The translations under genes were made by a program, and so were the position numbers. The notes beneath the pieces were generated by a model, which worked only from the letters and a program-made list of their open reading frames with translations, searched no databases and had not been told where the DNA came from. From Azolla caroliniana (Eukaryota > Plantae > Polypodiophyta), in assembly GCA_043228905.1 (NCBI GenBank), contig JBHGNT010000008.1, forward strand, positions 124,001 to 188,000: a stretch of DNA of 64,000 nucleotides. The letters run 5' to 3'. Shown piece after piece: positions 36,460-51,400 of the stretch; positions within the stretch are counted from its first letter, which is position 1; each line of letters starts with the position of its first letter.

Positions 36460-39400
36460 ATCACATGGGCCACGTATGAACATTTAATTTACTCTCGGGC
36501 TCCTCTCTACTCCCTCCTCTAATTTGGGAATGTCTTCATGTCTCTCAACCTGAGTTTCAAAATCTTGGATTTTTAAATCCATAACATAGGTACCTTTGTT
36601 AGCTTCAATTCGCATATTTGAACACTAAAATCCGATATTACATGGGCCAGGTATGAACATTTTAATTTACTCACGCGCTCTTCTCAACTCCCTCCTCTAA
36701 TTTGGGAATTTCTTCATGTCTCTCGACCTGATTTTGGAAATCATGATTTTTTAATTCCAGATGATAGCTAGCTTTGTTAGCTTCGATTCGCATGTTTATA
36801 CACTAAAATCCGATATCACAGGGGCCAGGTCTAAACATTTTAATTTACTCTCGGGCTCTTCTCAACTCCCTCCTCTAATTTGGGAATTTCTTCATGTCTC
36901 TCGACGTGAGTTTCAAAACCTTGATTTTTTAATTCCATATGATAGCTAGCTTTGTTAGCTTCGATTCGCATGTTTACACACTAAAATCTGATATCACATG
37001 GGCCAGGTCTAAACATTTTAATTTACACTTGGGCTCTTCTCAACTCCCTCCTCAAATTTGGTTATTTCTTCATGTCTCTCAACGTGAGCTTCAAAATCCT
37101 TATTTTTTACTTCCATATGATAGCTAACATTCTAAGCTTCGATTCAAATGTTTGAACACGAAAATCCAATATCACCTGGGACAGGTATGAACATTTTAAT
37201 TTACTCTCGGGCTCTTCTCAACTCCCTCCTCAAATTTGGTAATTTCTTCATGTCTCTCGACCTGAGTTTCAAAATCTTGATTTTTTCATTCCATATCATA
37301 GCTAGCCTTGTTAGCTTCGATTCGTATGTTTGAACACTAAAATCCGATATCACATGGGCCAGGTATGAACATTTTAATTTACTCTCGGCCTCTTCTCAAC
37401 TACCTCCTCAAATTGGGTAATTTCTTCATGTCTCTCGACCTGAGTTTCAAAATCTTGATTTTTCAATTCCATATCATAGCTTGCGTTGTTAGCTTCGATT
37501 CCAATGTTTAAACACTAAAATCCGATATTACATTGGCCAAGTCTAAACATTTTAATTTACTCTCGGGCTCTTATCTACTCCCTCCTCTAATTCGGGAATT
37601 TCTTCATGTCTCTCGACCTGAGTTCCAAAATCTCGATTTTCGAATTCCATAACATAGCTCGCATTGTTAGCTTCGATTTGCATATTTGAACACTAAAAGC
37701 CGATATCACATGGGCCAGGTATGAACATTTTAATTTACTCTCGGCCTCTTCTCTACTCCCTCCTCTAATTTGGTAATTTCTTCATGTCTCTCGACCTGAG
37801 TTTCAGAAGCTTGATTTTCTAATTCCATATCATAGCTAGCCTTGTTAGCTTCGATTCGTAAGTTTGAACACTCAAATCCGATATCACATGGGCCAGGTAT
37901 GAATATTTTAATTTACTCTCGGGCTCTTCTCAACTCCCTCCTCTAATTTGGTAATTTCTTCATGTCTCTCGACCTAAGTTTTAAAATCTTGAATTTTTAA
38001 TTCCATATCATAGCTAGCATTGTTAGCTTCGATTCCCATGTTTGAACACTAAAATCCGATATCACATGGGCCAGGTATGAATATTGTAATTTACTCTCGG
38101 CCTCTTCTCTACTCCCTCCTCTAATTTGGTAATTTCTTCATGTCTCTCGACCTGAGTTTCAAAACCTTGATTTTTTAATTCCATATCATAGCTAGACTTG
38201 TTAGCTTCGATTCGTATGTTTGAACACTAAAATCCGATATCACATGGGCCAGGTATGAACATTTTAATTTACTCTCGGGCTCTTCTCTATTCCCTCCTCT
38301 AATTTTGGAATTTCTTCATGTCTCTCGACCTCAGTTTGAAAATCTTGATTTTTTAATTCCATATTATAGCTAGCATTGTTAGCTTCGATTCGCATATTTG
38401 AACACTAAAATCCTATATCACATGGGCCAGGTATGAACATTTTAATTTACTCACGCGCTCTTCTCAACTCCCTCCTCAAATTTTGTAATTTCTTCATGTC
38501 TCTCGACCTGAGTTTGAAAATCTTGATTTTTTATTCCATATCATAGGTAGCTTTGTTAGCTTCCATTCGCATGTTTAAACACTCAAATCCGATATCACAT
38601 TGGGAAGTCTAAACATTTTAATTTACTCTCGAGCTCTTCTCTACTCCCTCCTCTAATTTGGGAATTTCTTCATGTCTCTCGACCTGACTTTCAAAACCTA
38701 GATTTTTTAATTCTATATCATAGCTAGCCTTGTTAGCTTCGATTCGTATGTTTGAACACTAAAATCTGATATCACATGGGCCACGTATGAACATTTAATT
38801 TACTCTCGGGCTCCTCTCTACTCCCTCCTCTAATTTGGGAATGTCTTCATGTCTCTCAACCTGAGTTTCAAAATCTTGGATTTTTAAATCCATAACATAG
38901 GTACCTTTGTTAGCTTCGATTCTCATATTTGAACACTAAAATCCGATATTACATGGGTCAGGTATGAACATTTTAATTTACTCACGCACTCTTCTCAACT
39001 CCCTCCTCTAATTTGGGAATTTCTTCATGTCTCTCGACCTGATTTTGGAAATCATGATTTTTTAATTCCAGATGATAGCTAGCTTTGTTAGCTTCGATTC
39101 GCATGTTTATACACTAAAATCCGATATCACAGGGGCCAGGTCTAAACATTTTAATTTACTCTCGGGCTCTTCTCAACTCCCTCCTCTAATTTGGGAATTT
39201 CTTCATGTCTCTCGACGTGAGTTTCAAAACCTTGATTTTTTAATTCCATATGATAGCTAGCTTTGTTAGCTTCGATTCGCATGTTTACACACTAAAATCT
39301 GATATCACATGGGCCAGGTCTAAACATTTTAATTTACACTTGGGCTCTTCTCAACTCCCTCCTCAAATTTGGTTATTTCTTCATGTCTCTCAACGTGAGC

Positions 39401-41090
39401 TTCAAAATCCTTATTTTTTACTTCCATATGATAGCTAACATTCTAAGCTTCGATTCAAATGTTTGAACACGAAAATCCGATATCACCTGGGACAGGTATG
39501 AACATTTTAATTTACTCTCGGGCTCTTCTCAACTCCCTCCTCAAATTTGGTAATTTCTTCATGTCTCTCGACCTGAGTTTCAAAATCTTGATTTTTTCAT
39601 TCCATATCATAGCTAGCCTTGTTAGCTTCGATTCGTATGCTTGAACACTAAAATCCGATATCACATGGGCCAGGTATGAACATTTTAATTTACTCTCGGC
39701 CTCTTCTCAACTACCTCCTCAAATTGGGTAATTTCTTCATGTCTCTCGACCTGAGTTTCAAAATCTTGATTTTTCAATTCCATATCATAGCTTGCGTTGT
39801 TAGCTTCGATTCAATTGTTTAAACACTAAAATCCGATATTACATTGGCCAAGTCTAAACATTTTAATTTACTCTCGGGATCTACTCTACTCCCTCCTCTA
39901 ATTCGGGAATTTCTTCATGTCTCTCGACCTGAGTTCCAAAATCTCGATTTTCGAATTCCATAACATAGCTCGCATTGTTAGCTTCGATTTGCATATTTGA
40001 ACACTAAAAGCCGATATCACATGGGCCAGGTATGAACATTTTAATTTACTCTCGGCCTCTTCTCTACTCCCTCCTCTAATTTGGTAATTTCTTCATGTCT
40101 CTCGACCTGAGTTTCAGAAGCTTGATTTTCTAATTCCATATCATAGCTAGCCTTGTTAGCTTCGATTCGTAAGTTTGAACACTCAAATCCGATATCACAT
40201 GGGCCAGGTATGAATATTTTAATTTACTCTCGGGCTCTTCTCAACTCCCTCCTCTAATTTGGTAATTTCTTCATGTCTCTCGACCTAAGTTTTAAAATCT
40301 TGAATTTTTAATTCCATATCATAGCTAGCCTTGTTAGCTTCGATTCCCATGTTTGAACACTAAAATCCGATATCACATGGGCCAGGTATGAATATTTTAA
40401 TTTACTCTCGGGCTCTTCTCAACTCCCTCCTCAAATTTGGTTATTTTTTCATGTCTCTTGACGTGAGTTTCAAAAGCTTGATTTTTTAATTCCATATCAT
40501 AGCTAGACTTGTTAGCTTCGATTCGTATGTTTGAACACTAAAATCCGATATCACATGGGCCAGGTATGAACATTTTAATTTACTCTCGGGCTCTTCTCTA
40601 TTCCCTCCTCTAATTTTGGAATTTCTTCATGTCTCTCGACCTCAGTTTGAAAATCTTGATTTTTTAATTCCATATTATAGCTAGCATTGTTAGCTTCGAT
40701 TCGCATGTCTGAACACTAAAATCCTATATCACATGGGCCAGGTATGAACATTTTAATTTACTCACGCGCTCTTCTCAACTCCCTCCTCAAATTTTGTAAT
40801 TTCTTCATGTCTCTCGACCTGACTTTGAAAATCTTGATTTTTTATTCCATATCATAGGTAGCTTTGTTAGCTTCCATTCGCATGTTTAAACACTCAAATC
40901 CGATATCACATTGGGAAGTCTAAACATTTTAATTTACTCTCGAGCTCTTCTCTACTCCCTCCTGTAATTTGGGAATTTCTTCATGTCTCTCGACCTGACT
41001 TTCAAAACCTAGATTTTTTAATTCTATATCATAGCTAGCCTTGTTAGCTTCGATTCGTATGTTTGAACACTAAAATCTGATATCACATGG
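36460..41090 (-). repeat. Tandem duplication of a 2311-bp (13-monomer) unit
   Basis: ORFs 36761/39072, 36939/39250 and 37148/39459 are offset by 2311; markers CACGTATGAACATTTAAT (36471/38782) and TGGGAAGTCT (38601/40912) agree. Confidence 0.9.
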
Positions 41091-42799
41091 GCCAGGTATG
41101 AACATTTTAATTTACTCTCGGGCTCTTCTCAACTCCCTCCTCAAATTTGGTAATTTCTTCATGTCTCTCGAGGTGAGTTTCAAAAGCTTGATTTTTTAAT
41201 TCCATATCATAGGTAGCTTTGCTAGCTTCGATTCGCATATTTGAACACTAAAATCCGATATCACATGGGCCAGGTATGAACATTTTAATTTACTCTCGGC
41301 CTCTTCTCTACTCCCTCCTCTAATTTGGTAATTTCTTCATGTCTCTCGACCTGAGTTTCAAAACATTGATTTTTTAATTCCATATCATAGCTAGCATTGT
41401 TAGCTTCGATTCCCTTGCTTGAACACTAAAATCCGATATCACATGGGCTAGGTATGAACATTTTAATTTACTCTCGGGCTCTTCTCTACTCCCTCCTCTA
41501 ATTTTGGAATTTCTTTATGTCTCTCGACTTGAGTTTGAAAATCTTGATTTTTTAATTCCATATCATAGCTAGCATTGTTAGATTCGATTAGCCTGTTTGA
41601 ACACTAAAATCCGATATTCAATGGGCCAGTTATGAACATTTTAATTTACTCTCGGCCTCTTCTCTACTCCTTCCTCTAATTTGGTAATTTCTTCATGTCT
41701 TTCGACATGAGTTTCAAAAGATTGATTTTTTAACTCCATATCATAGGTAGCATTGTTAGCTTTGATTCGCATGTTTGAACACTAAAATCCTATATCACAT
41801 GGGCCAGGTATGAACATTTTAATTTACTCATGCGCTCTTCTCAATCCCTCCTTTAATTTGGTAATTTTGTTCATGTCTCTTGACATGAGTTCCAAAATCT
41901 TGATTTTCTAATTCCATATCATAGCTACCGTTGTCAGCTTCCATTCGCATATTTGAACACTAAAATCCGATATAACATGGGCCAGGTATGAACATTTTAA
42001 TTTACTCTCGGGCTCTTCTCAACTCCCTCCTCAAATTTGGTTATTTCATTATGTCTCTCAACGTGAGTTTCAAAATCCTTATTTTTTACTTCCATTCAAA
42101 TATTTGAACACTAAAATCCGATATCACATGGGACAGGTATGAACATTTTAATTTCTTCATGTCTCTCGACATGAGTTTCAAAAGCTTGATTTTTTAATTC
42201 CATATCATAGCTATCGTTGTTAGCTTCCATTCGCATGTTTGAACACTAAAATCCGATATGACATGGGACAGGTATGAACATTTTAATTTACTCTCGGGCT
42301 CTTCTCAACTCCCTCCTCAAATTTGGTAATTTCTTCATGTCTCTAGACCTGAGTTTCAAAAGCTTGATTTTTTAATTCCATATCATAGGTAGCATTGTTA
42401 GCCTCGATTCGCATATTTGAACACTAAAATCCGATATCACATGGGCCAGGTCTAAACATTTTAATTTACTCTCGGGCTCTTCTCTACTCCCTGCTCTAAT
42501 TTGGTAATTTCTTCATGTCTCTGCACCTGAGTTTCAAAAGCTTGATTTTTTCATTCCATGTCATAGGTAGCTTTGCTAGCTTCGATTCGCATATTTGAAC
42601 GCTAAAATCCGATATCAGATGGGCCAGGTATGAACATTTTAATTTACTCACGCGCTATTCTCAACTCCCTCCTCTAATTTGGTAATTTGTTCATGTCTCT
42701 CGACCTGATTTTCAGAAGCTTGATTTTTTAATTCCATATTAAAGGTACCTTTGTTAGCTTCGATTCACATATTTGAACACTAAAATCCGATATCACATG

Positions 42800-45420
42800 G
42801 GCCAGGTATGAACATTTTAATTTACTCTCGGGCTCGTCTCAACTCCCTCCTCTAATTTGGTAATTTCTTCATGTCTCTCGACCTGAGTTTCAAAACCTTG
42901 ATTTTTTAATTCCATATCATAGCTAGCCTTGTTAGCTTTGATTCGTATGTTTGAACACTCAAATCCGATATCACATGGGCCAGGTATGAACATTTTAATT
43001 TACTCTCGGGCTCTTCTCAATCCCTCCTCTAATTTGGTAACTTCTTCATGTCTCTCGACCTGAGTTTCAAAATTTTGATTTTTTAATACCAGATCATAGC
43101 TAGCATTGTTAGCTTCGATTCGCCTGTTTGAACACTAAAATCCGATATTCAATGGGCCCGTTATGAACATTTTAATTTACTCTCGGCCTCTTCTCTACGC
43201 CCTCCTCTAATTTGGTAATTTCTTCATGTCTTTCGACATGAGTTTCAAAAGATTGATTTTTTAATTCCATATCATAGGTAGCATTGTTAGCTTCGATTCG
43301 CATGTTTAAACACTAAAATCCTATATCAGATGGGCCAGGTATGAACATTTTAATTTACTCATGCGCTCTTCTCAACTCCCTCCTCAAATTTGGTAATTTC
43401 TTCATATCTCTCGACCTGAGTTTCAAAATCATGATTCTTTAATTCCATATTATAGCTAGCATTGTTAGCTTCAATTCGCATCTTTGAACACTAAAATCCT
43501 ATATCACATGGGCCAGGTTTGAACATTTTAATTTACTCAAATTTGGTAATTTCTTCATGTCTCTCGACCTGAGTTTCAAAATCTTGATTTTTTAATTCCA
43601 TATCATACCTAGCATTGTTAGCTTCGATTCGCATGTTTGAACACTCAAATCCGATATCACATGGGCCAGGTATGAACATTTTAATTTACTCTCGGGCTCG
43701 TCTCAACTCCCTCCTCTAATTTGGTAATTTCTTCATGTCTCTCGACCTGAGTTTCAAAACCTTGATTTTTTAATTCCATATCATAGCTAGCCTTGTTAGC
43801 TTTGATTCGTATGTTTGAACACTCAAATCCGATATCACATGGGCCAGCTATGAACATTTTAATTTACTCTCGGGCTCTTCTCAATCCCTCCTCTAATTTG
43901 GTAACTTCTTCATGTCTCTCGACCTGAGTTTCAAAATTTTGATTTTTTAATACCAGATCATAGCTAGCATTGTTAGCTTCGATTCGCCTGTTTGAACACT
44001 AAAATCCGATATTCAATGGGCCCGTTATGAACATTTTAATTTACTCTCGGCCTCTTCTCTACGCCCTCCTCTAATTTGGTAATTTCTTCATGTCTTTCGA
44101 CATGAGTTTCAAAAGATTGATTTTTTAATTCCATATCATAGGTAGCATTGTTAGCTTCGATTCGCATGTTTAAACACTAAAATCCTATATCAGATGGGCC
44201 AGGTATGAACATTTTAATTTACTCATGCGCTCTTCTCAACTCCCTCCTCAAATTTGGTAATTTCTTCATATCTCTCGACCTGAGTTTCAAAATCATGATT
44301 CTTTAATTCCATATTATAGCTAGCATTGTTAGCTTCAATTCGCATCTTTGAACACTAAAATCCTATATCACATGGGCCAGGTTTGAACATTTTAATTTAC
44401 TCAAATTTGGTAATTTCTTCATGTCTCTCGACCTGAGTTTCAAAATCTTGATTTTTTAATTCCATATCATACCTAGCATTGTTAGCTTCGATTCGCATGT
44501 TTGAACACTCAAATCCGATATCACATGGGCCAGGTATGAACATTTTAATTTACTCTCGGGCTCGTCTCAACTCCCTCCTCTAATTTGGTAATTTCTTCAT
44601 GTCTCTCGACCTGAGTTTCAAAACCTTGATTTTTTAATTCCATATCATAGCTAGCCTTGTTAGCTTTGATTCGTATGTTTGAACACTCAAATCCGATATC
44701 ACATGGGCCAGCTATGAACATTTTAATTTACTCTCGGGCTCTTCTCAATCCCTCCTCTAATTTGGTAACTTCTTCATGTCTCTCGACCTGAGTTTCAAAA
44801 TTTTGATTTTTTAATACCAGATCATAGCTAGCATTGTTAGCTTCGATTCGCCTGTTTGAACACTAAAATCCGATATTCAATGGGCCCGTTATGAACATTT
44901 TAATTTACTCTCGGCCTCTTCTCTACGCCCTCCTCTAATTTGGTAATTTCTTCATGTCTTTCGACATGAGTTTCAAAAGATTGATTTTTTAATTCCATAT
45001 CATAGGTAGCATTGTTAGCTTCGATTCGCATGTTTAAACACTAAAATCCTATATCAGATGGGCCAGGTATGAACATTTTAATTTACTCATGCGCTCTTCT
45101 CAACTCCCTCCTCAAATTTGGTAATTTCTTCATATCTCTCGACCTGAGTTTCAAAATCATGATTCTTTAATTCCATATTATAGCTAGCATTGTTAGCTTC
45201 AATTCGCATCTTTGAACACTAAAATCCTATATCACATGGGCCAGGTTTGAACATTTTAATTTACTCAAATTTGGTAATTTCTTCATGTCTCTCGACCTGA
45301 GTTTCAAAATCTTGATTTTTTAATTCCATATCATACCTAGCATTGTTAGCTTCGATTCGCATGTTTGAACACTCAAATCCGATATCACATGGGCCAGGTA
45401 TGAACATTTTAATTTACTCT
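42800..45420 (-). repeat. Tandem triplication of an 864-bp (5-monomer) higher-order repeat
   Basis: The 25-bp deletion scar ATTTACTCAAATTTGG is at 43531, 44395 and 45259; the CTCGTCTC variant is at 42833, 43697 and 44561. Confidence 0.92.
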
Positions 45421-48400
45421 CGCCCTCTTCTCAATCCCTCCTCTAATTTGGTAATTTCTTCATGTCTCTCGACCCGAGTTTGAAAATCTTGATTTTTTAA
45501 TTCCATATCATAGCTAGCATTGTTAGGTTCGATTCGCCTATTTGAACACTAAAATCCAATATCCAATGGGCCAGTTATGAACATTTTAATTTACTCTCGG
45601 CCTCTTCACTACTCCCTCCTCTAATTTGGTAATTTCTTCATGTCTTTCGACATGAGTTTCCAAAGATTGATTTTTTAATTCCATATCATAGGTAGCATTG
45701 TTAGCTTCGATTCCATGTTTGAACACTAAAATCCTATATCACATGGGCCAGCTATGAACATTTTAATTTACTCATGCGCTCTTTTCAACTCCCTCCTCAA
45801 ATTTGGAAATTTGTTCATATCTCTCGACCTGAGTATTAAAATCTTGATTTTTTAATTCCATATGATAGCTAGCTTTGTTAGCTTCGATTCGCATGTTTAC
45901 ACACTACAATCTGATATCACATGGGCCAAATCTAAACATTTTAATTTACTCTCGGGCTCTACTCTACTCCCTCCTCTAATTCGGGAATTTCTTCATGTCT
46001 CTCGACCTGAGTTCCAAAATCTCGATTTTCGAATTCCATAACATAGCTCGCATTGTTAGCTTCGATTTGCATATTTGAACACTAAAAGCCGATATCACAT
46101 GGGCCCGGTATGAACATTTTAATTTACTCTCGGCCTCTTCTCTACTCCCTCCTCTAATTTGGTAATTTCTTCATGTCTCTCGACCTGAGTTTCAGAAGCT
46201 TGATTTTCTAATTCCATATCATAGCTAGCCTTGTTAGCTTCGATTCGTAAGTTTGAACACTCAAATCCGATATCACATGGGCCAGGTATGAATATTTTAA
46301 TTTACTCTCGGGCTCTTCTCAACTCCCTCCTCAAATTTGGTTATTTCTTCATGTCTCTTGACGTGAGTTTCAAAAGCTTGATTTTTTAATTCCATATCAT
46401 AGCTAGCATTGTTAGATTCGATTCGCCTGTTTGAACACTAAAATCCGATATTCAATGGGCCAGTTATGAACATTTTAATTTACTCTCGGCCTCTTCTCTA
46501 CTCCTTCCTCTAAATTGGTAATTTCTTCATGTCTTTCGACATGAGTTTCAAAAGATTGATTTTCTAATGCCATATCATAGCTAGAATTGTTAGCTTCGAT
46601 TCCAATGTTTGAACACTCAAATCCGATATCACATGGGCCAGGTATGAACATTTTAATTTACTCTCGGGCTCTTCTCAACTCCCTCCTCAAATTTGGTTAT
46701 TTCTTCATGTCTCTTGACGTGAGTTTCGAAAGCTTGATTTTTTAATTCCATATCATAGGTAGCATTGTTAGCTTCGATTCGCATGTTTGAACACAAAAAT
46801 CCGATATCACATGGGCCAGGGCTTCGATTCCAATGTTTGAACACTCAAATCCGATATCACATGGGCCAGGTATGAACATTTTAATTTACTCTCGGGCTCT
46901 TCTCAACTCCCTCCTCAAATTTGGTAATTTCTTCATGTCTCTCGACCTGAGTTTTAAAACCTTGATTTTTTAATTCCATATCATAGGTAGCATTGTTAGC
47001 TTCGATTCGCATGTTGGAACACAAAAATCCGATATCACATGGGCCAGGTATGAACATTTTAATTTACTCTCGGGCTCTTCTCAACTCCCTCCTCTAATTT
47101 TGGAATTTCTTCATGTCTCTCGACCTGAGTTTCAAAATCTTGATTTTTGATTTCCATAACATAGCTCGCATTGTTAGCTTCGATTCGCATATTTGAACAC
47201 TAAAATCCGATATCACATGGGCCAGGTATGAACATTTTAATTTACTCTAGGCCTCTTCTCTACTCCCTCCTCTAATTTGGTAATTTCTTCATGTCTCTCG
47301 ACCTGAGTTTCAAAACATTGATTTTTTAATTCCATATCATAGGTAGCATTGTTAGCTTCGATTCGCATGTTTGAACACTAAAATCCGATATCACATGGGC
47401 CAGGTATGAACATTTTAATTTACTCTCGGGCTCTTCTCTACTCCCTCCTCTAATTTTGGAATTTCTTCATGTCTCTCGACGTGGGTTTCCAAAGCTTGAT
47501 TTTTTAATTCCATATCATAGGTACCTTTGCTAGCTTTGATTCACATGTTTAAACACTAAAATCCGATATCAGATGGGACAGGTATGAACATTTTAATTTA
47601 CTCTCGGGCTCTTCTCTACTGCCTGCTCTAATTTGGTAATTTCTTCATGTCTCTCGACCTGAGTTTCAAAATCTTGATTTTTGATTTCCATAACATAGCT
47701 CGCATTGTTAGCTTCGATTCGCATATTTGAACACTAAAATCCGATATCACATGGGCCAGGTATGAACATTTTAATTTACTCTCGGCCTCTTCTCTACTCC
47801 CTCCTCAAATTTGGTAATTTCTTCATATCTCTCGACCTGAGTTTCAAAATCTTGATTTTTTAATTCCATATCATAGCTAGCACTGTTAGATTCCATTCGC
47901 ATGTTTGAACACTAAAATCCGATATCACATAGGCCAGGTATGAACATTTTAATTTACTCTCGGCCTCTTCTCAACCCCCTCCTCAAATTTGGTAATTTCT
48001 TCATGTCTCTCGACCTAAGTTTCAAAGGCTTGATTTTTTAATTCCATATCATAGGTAGCATTGTTAGCTTCGATTCGCATGTTTGAACACAAAAATCCGA
48101 TATCACATGGGCCAGGTATGAACATTTTCAAAATCCTTATTTTTTACTTCCATATGATAGCTAACATTGTAAGCTTCGATTCAAATGTTTGAACACTAAA
48201 ATCCGATATCAGATGGGACAGGTATGAACATTTTAATTTACTCTCGGGCTCTTCTCAACTCCCTCCTCAAATTTGGTAATTTCTTCATGTCTCTCGACCT
48301 GAGTTTCAAAAGCTTGATTTTTTAATTCCATATCATAGGTAGCATTGTTAGCTTCGATTCGCATGTTTGAACACTAAAATCCTATATCACATGGGCCAGG

Positions 48401-51400
48401 TATGAACATTTTAATTTACTCATGCGCTCTTCTCAATCCCTCCTTTAATTTGGTAATTTCTTCATGTCTCTCGACATGAGTTTCAAAATCTTGATTTTTT
48501 AATTCGATATCATAGCTACCGTTGTTAGCTTCGATTCGCATGTTTGAACACTAAAATTCGATATCACATGGGCCAGGTATGAACATTTTAATTTACTCTC
48601 GGGCTCTTCTCAACTCCCTCCTCAAATTTGGTTATTTCTTCATGTCTCTCGACCTGAGTTTCAAAAGCTTCATTTTTTAATTCCATATGATAGCTAGCAT
48701 TGTTAGCTTCAATTCGCATGTTTGAACACAAAAATCCGATATCACATGGGCCAGGTATGAACATTTTAATTTACTCTCGGGCTCTTCTTAACTCCCTCCT
48801 CTAATTTGGTAATTTCTTCATGTCTCTCGACCTGAGTTTCAAAAGCTTGATTTTTTCATTCCATATCACAGCTAGCCTTGTTAGCTTCGATTCGTATGTT
48901 TGAACACTAAAATCCGATATCACATGGGCCAGGTATGAACATTTTAATTTACTCTCGGGCTCTTCTCAACTACCTCCTCAAATTGGGTAATATCTTCATG
49001 TCTCTCGACCTGAGTTTCAAAAGCTTGATTTTTTAATGCCATATCATAACTAGCATTGTTAGCTTCGATTCGCATGTTTGAACACTCAAATCCGATATCA
49101 CATGGGCCAGGTATGAACATTTTAATTTACTCTCGGGCTCTTCTCAACTCCCTCCTCAAATTTGGTTATTTCTTCATGTCTCTTGACGTGAGTTTCAAAA
49201 GCTTGATTTTTTAATTCCATATCATAGCTAGCATTGTTAGATTCGATTCGCCTGTTTGAACACTAAAATCCGATATTCAATGGGCCAGTTATGAACATTT
49301 TAATTTACTCTCGGCCTCTTCTCTACTCCTTCCTCTAAATTGGTAATTTCTTCATGTCTTTCGACATGAGTTTCAAAAGATTGATTTTCTAATGCCATAT
49401 CATAGCTAGCATTGTTAGCTTCGATTCCAATGTTTGAACACTCAAATCCGATATCACATGGGCCAGGTATGAACATTTTAATTTACTCTCGGGCTCTTCT
49501 CAACTCCCTCCTCAAATTTGGTTATTTCTTCATGTCTCTTGACGTGAGTTTCGAAAGCTTGATTTTTTAATTCCATATCATAGGTAGCATTGTTAGCTTC
49601 GATTCGCATGTTTGAACACAAAAATCCGATATCACATGGGCCAGGGCTTCGATTCCAATGTTTGAACACTAAAATCCGATATCACATGGGCCAGATATGA
49701 ACATTTTAATTTACTCTAGGCCTCTTCTCTACTCCCTCCTCTAATTTGGTAATTTCTTCATGTCTCTCGACCTGAGTTTCAAAACATTGATTTTTTAATT
49801 CCATATCATAGGTAGCATTGTTAGCTTTGATTCGCATGTTTGAATACTAAAATCCGATATCACATGGGCCAGGTATGAACATTTTAATTTACTCTCGGGC
49901 TCTTCTCTACTCCCTCCTCTAATTTTGGAATTTCTTCATGTCTCTCGACGTGGGTTTCCAAAGCTTGATTTTTTAATTCCATATCATAGGTACCTTTGCT
50001 AGCTTTGATTCACATGTTTAAACACTAAAATCCGATATCAGATGGGACAGGTATGAACATTTTAATTTACTCTCGGGCTCTTCTCTACTGCCTGCTCTAA
50101 ATTGGTAATTTCTTCATGTCTTTCGACATGAGTTTCAAAAGATTGATTTTCTAATGCCATATCATAGCTAGCATTGTTAGCTTCGATTCCAATGTTTGAA
50201 CACTCAAATCCGATATCACATGGGCCAGGTATGAACATTTTAATTTACTCTCGGGCTCTTCTCAACTCCCTCCTCAAATTTGGTTATTTCTTCATGTCTC
50301 TTGACGTGAGTTTCGAAAGCTTGATTTTTTAATTCCATATCATAGGTAGCATTGTTAGCTTCGATTCGCATGTTTGAACACAAAAATCCGATATCACATG
50401 GGCCAGGGCTTCGATTCCAATGTTTGAACACTCAAATCCGATATCACATGGGCCATGTATGAACATTTTAATTTACTCTCGGGCTCTTCTCAACTCCCTC
50501 CTCAAATTTGGTAATTTCTTCATGTCTCTCGACCTGAGTTTTAAAACCTTGATTTTTTAATTCCATATCATAGGTAGCATTGTTAGCTTCGATTCGCATG
50601 TTGGAACACAAAAATCCGATATCACATGGGCCAGGTATGAACATTTTAATTTACTCTCGGGCTCTTCTCAACTCCCTCCTCTAATTTTGGAATTTCTTCA
50701 TGTCTCTCGACCTGAGTTTCAAAATCTTGATTTTTGATTTCCATAACATAGCTCGCATTGTTAGCTTCGATTCGCATATTTGAACACTAAAATCCGATAT
50801 CACATAGGCCAGGTATGAACATTTTAATTTACTCTCGGCCTCTTCTCAACCCCCTCCTCAAATTTGGTAATTTCTTCATGTCTCTCGACCTAAGTTTCAA
50901 AGGCTTGATTTTTTAATTCCATATCATAGGTAGCATTGTTAGCTTCGATTCGCATGTTTGAACACAAAAATCCGATATCACATGGGCCAGGTATGAACAT
51001 TTTCAAAATCCTTATTTTTTACTTCCATATGATAGCTAACATTGTAAGCTTCGATTCAAATGTTTGAACACTAAAATCCGATATCAGATGGGACAGGTAT
51101 GAACATTTTAATTTACTCTCGGGCTCTTCTCAACTCCCTCCTCAAATTTGGTAATTTCTTCATGTCTCTCGACCTGAGTTTCAAAAGCTTGATTTTTTAA
51201 TTCCATATCATAGGTAGCATTGTTAGCTTCGATTCGCATGTTTGAACACTAAAATCCAATATCACATTGGCCAAGTCTAAACATTTTAATTAACTGCTCT
51301 AATTTGGTAATTTCTTTATGTCTCTCGACCTGAGTTTCAAAAGCTTGATTTTTTCATTCCATATCACAGCTAGCCTTGTTAGCTTCGATTCGTATGTTTG

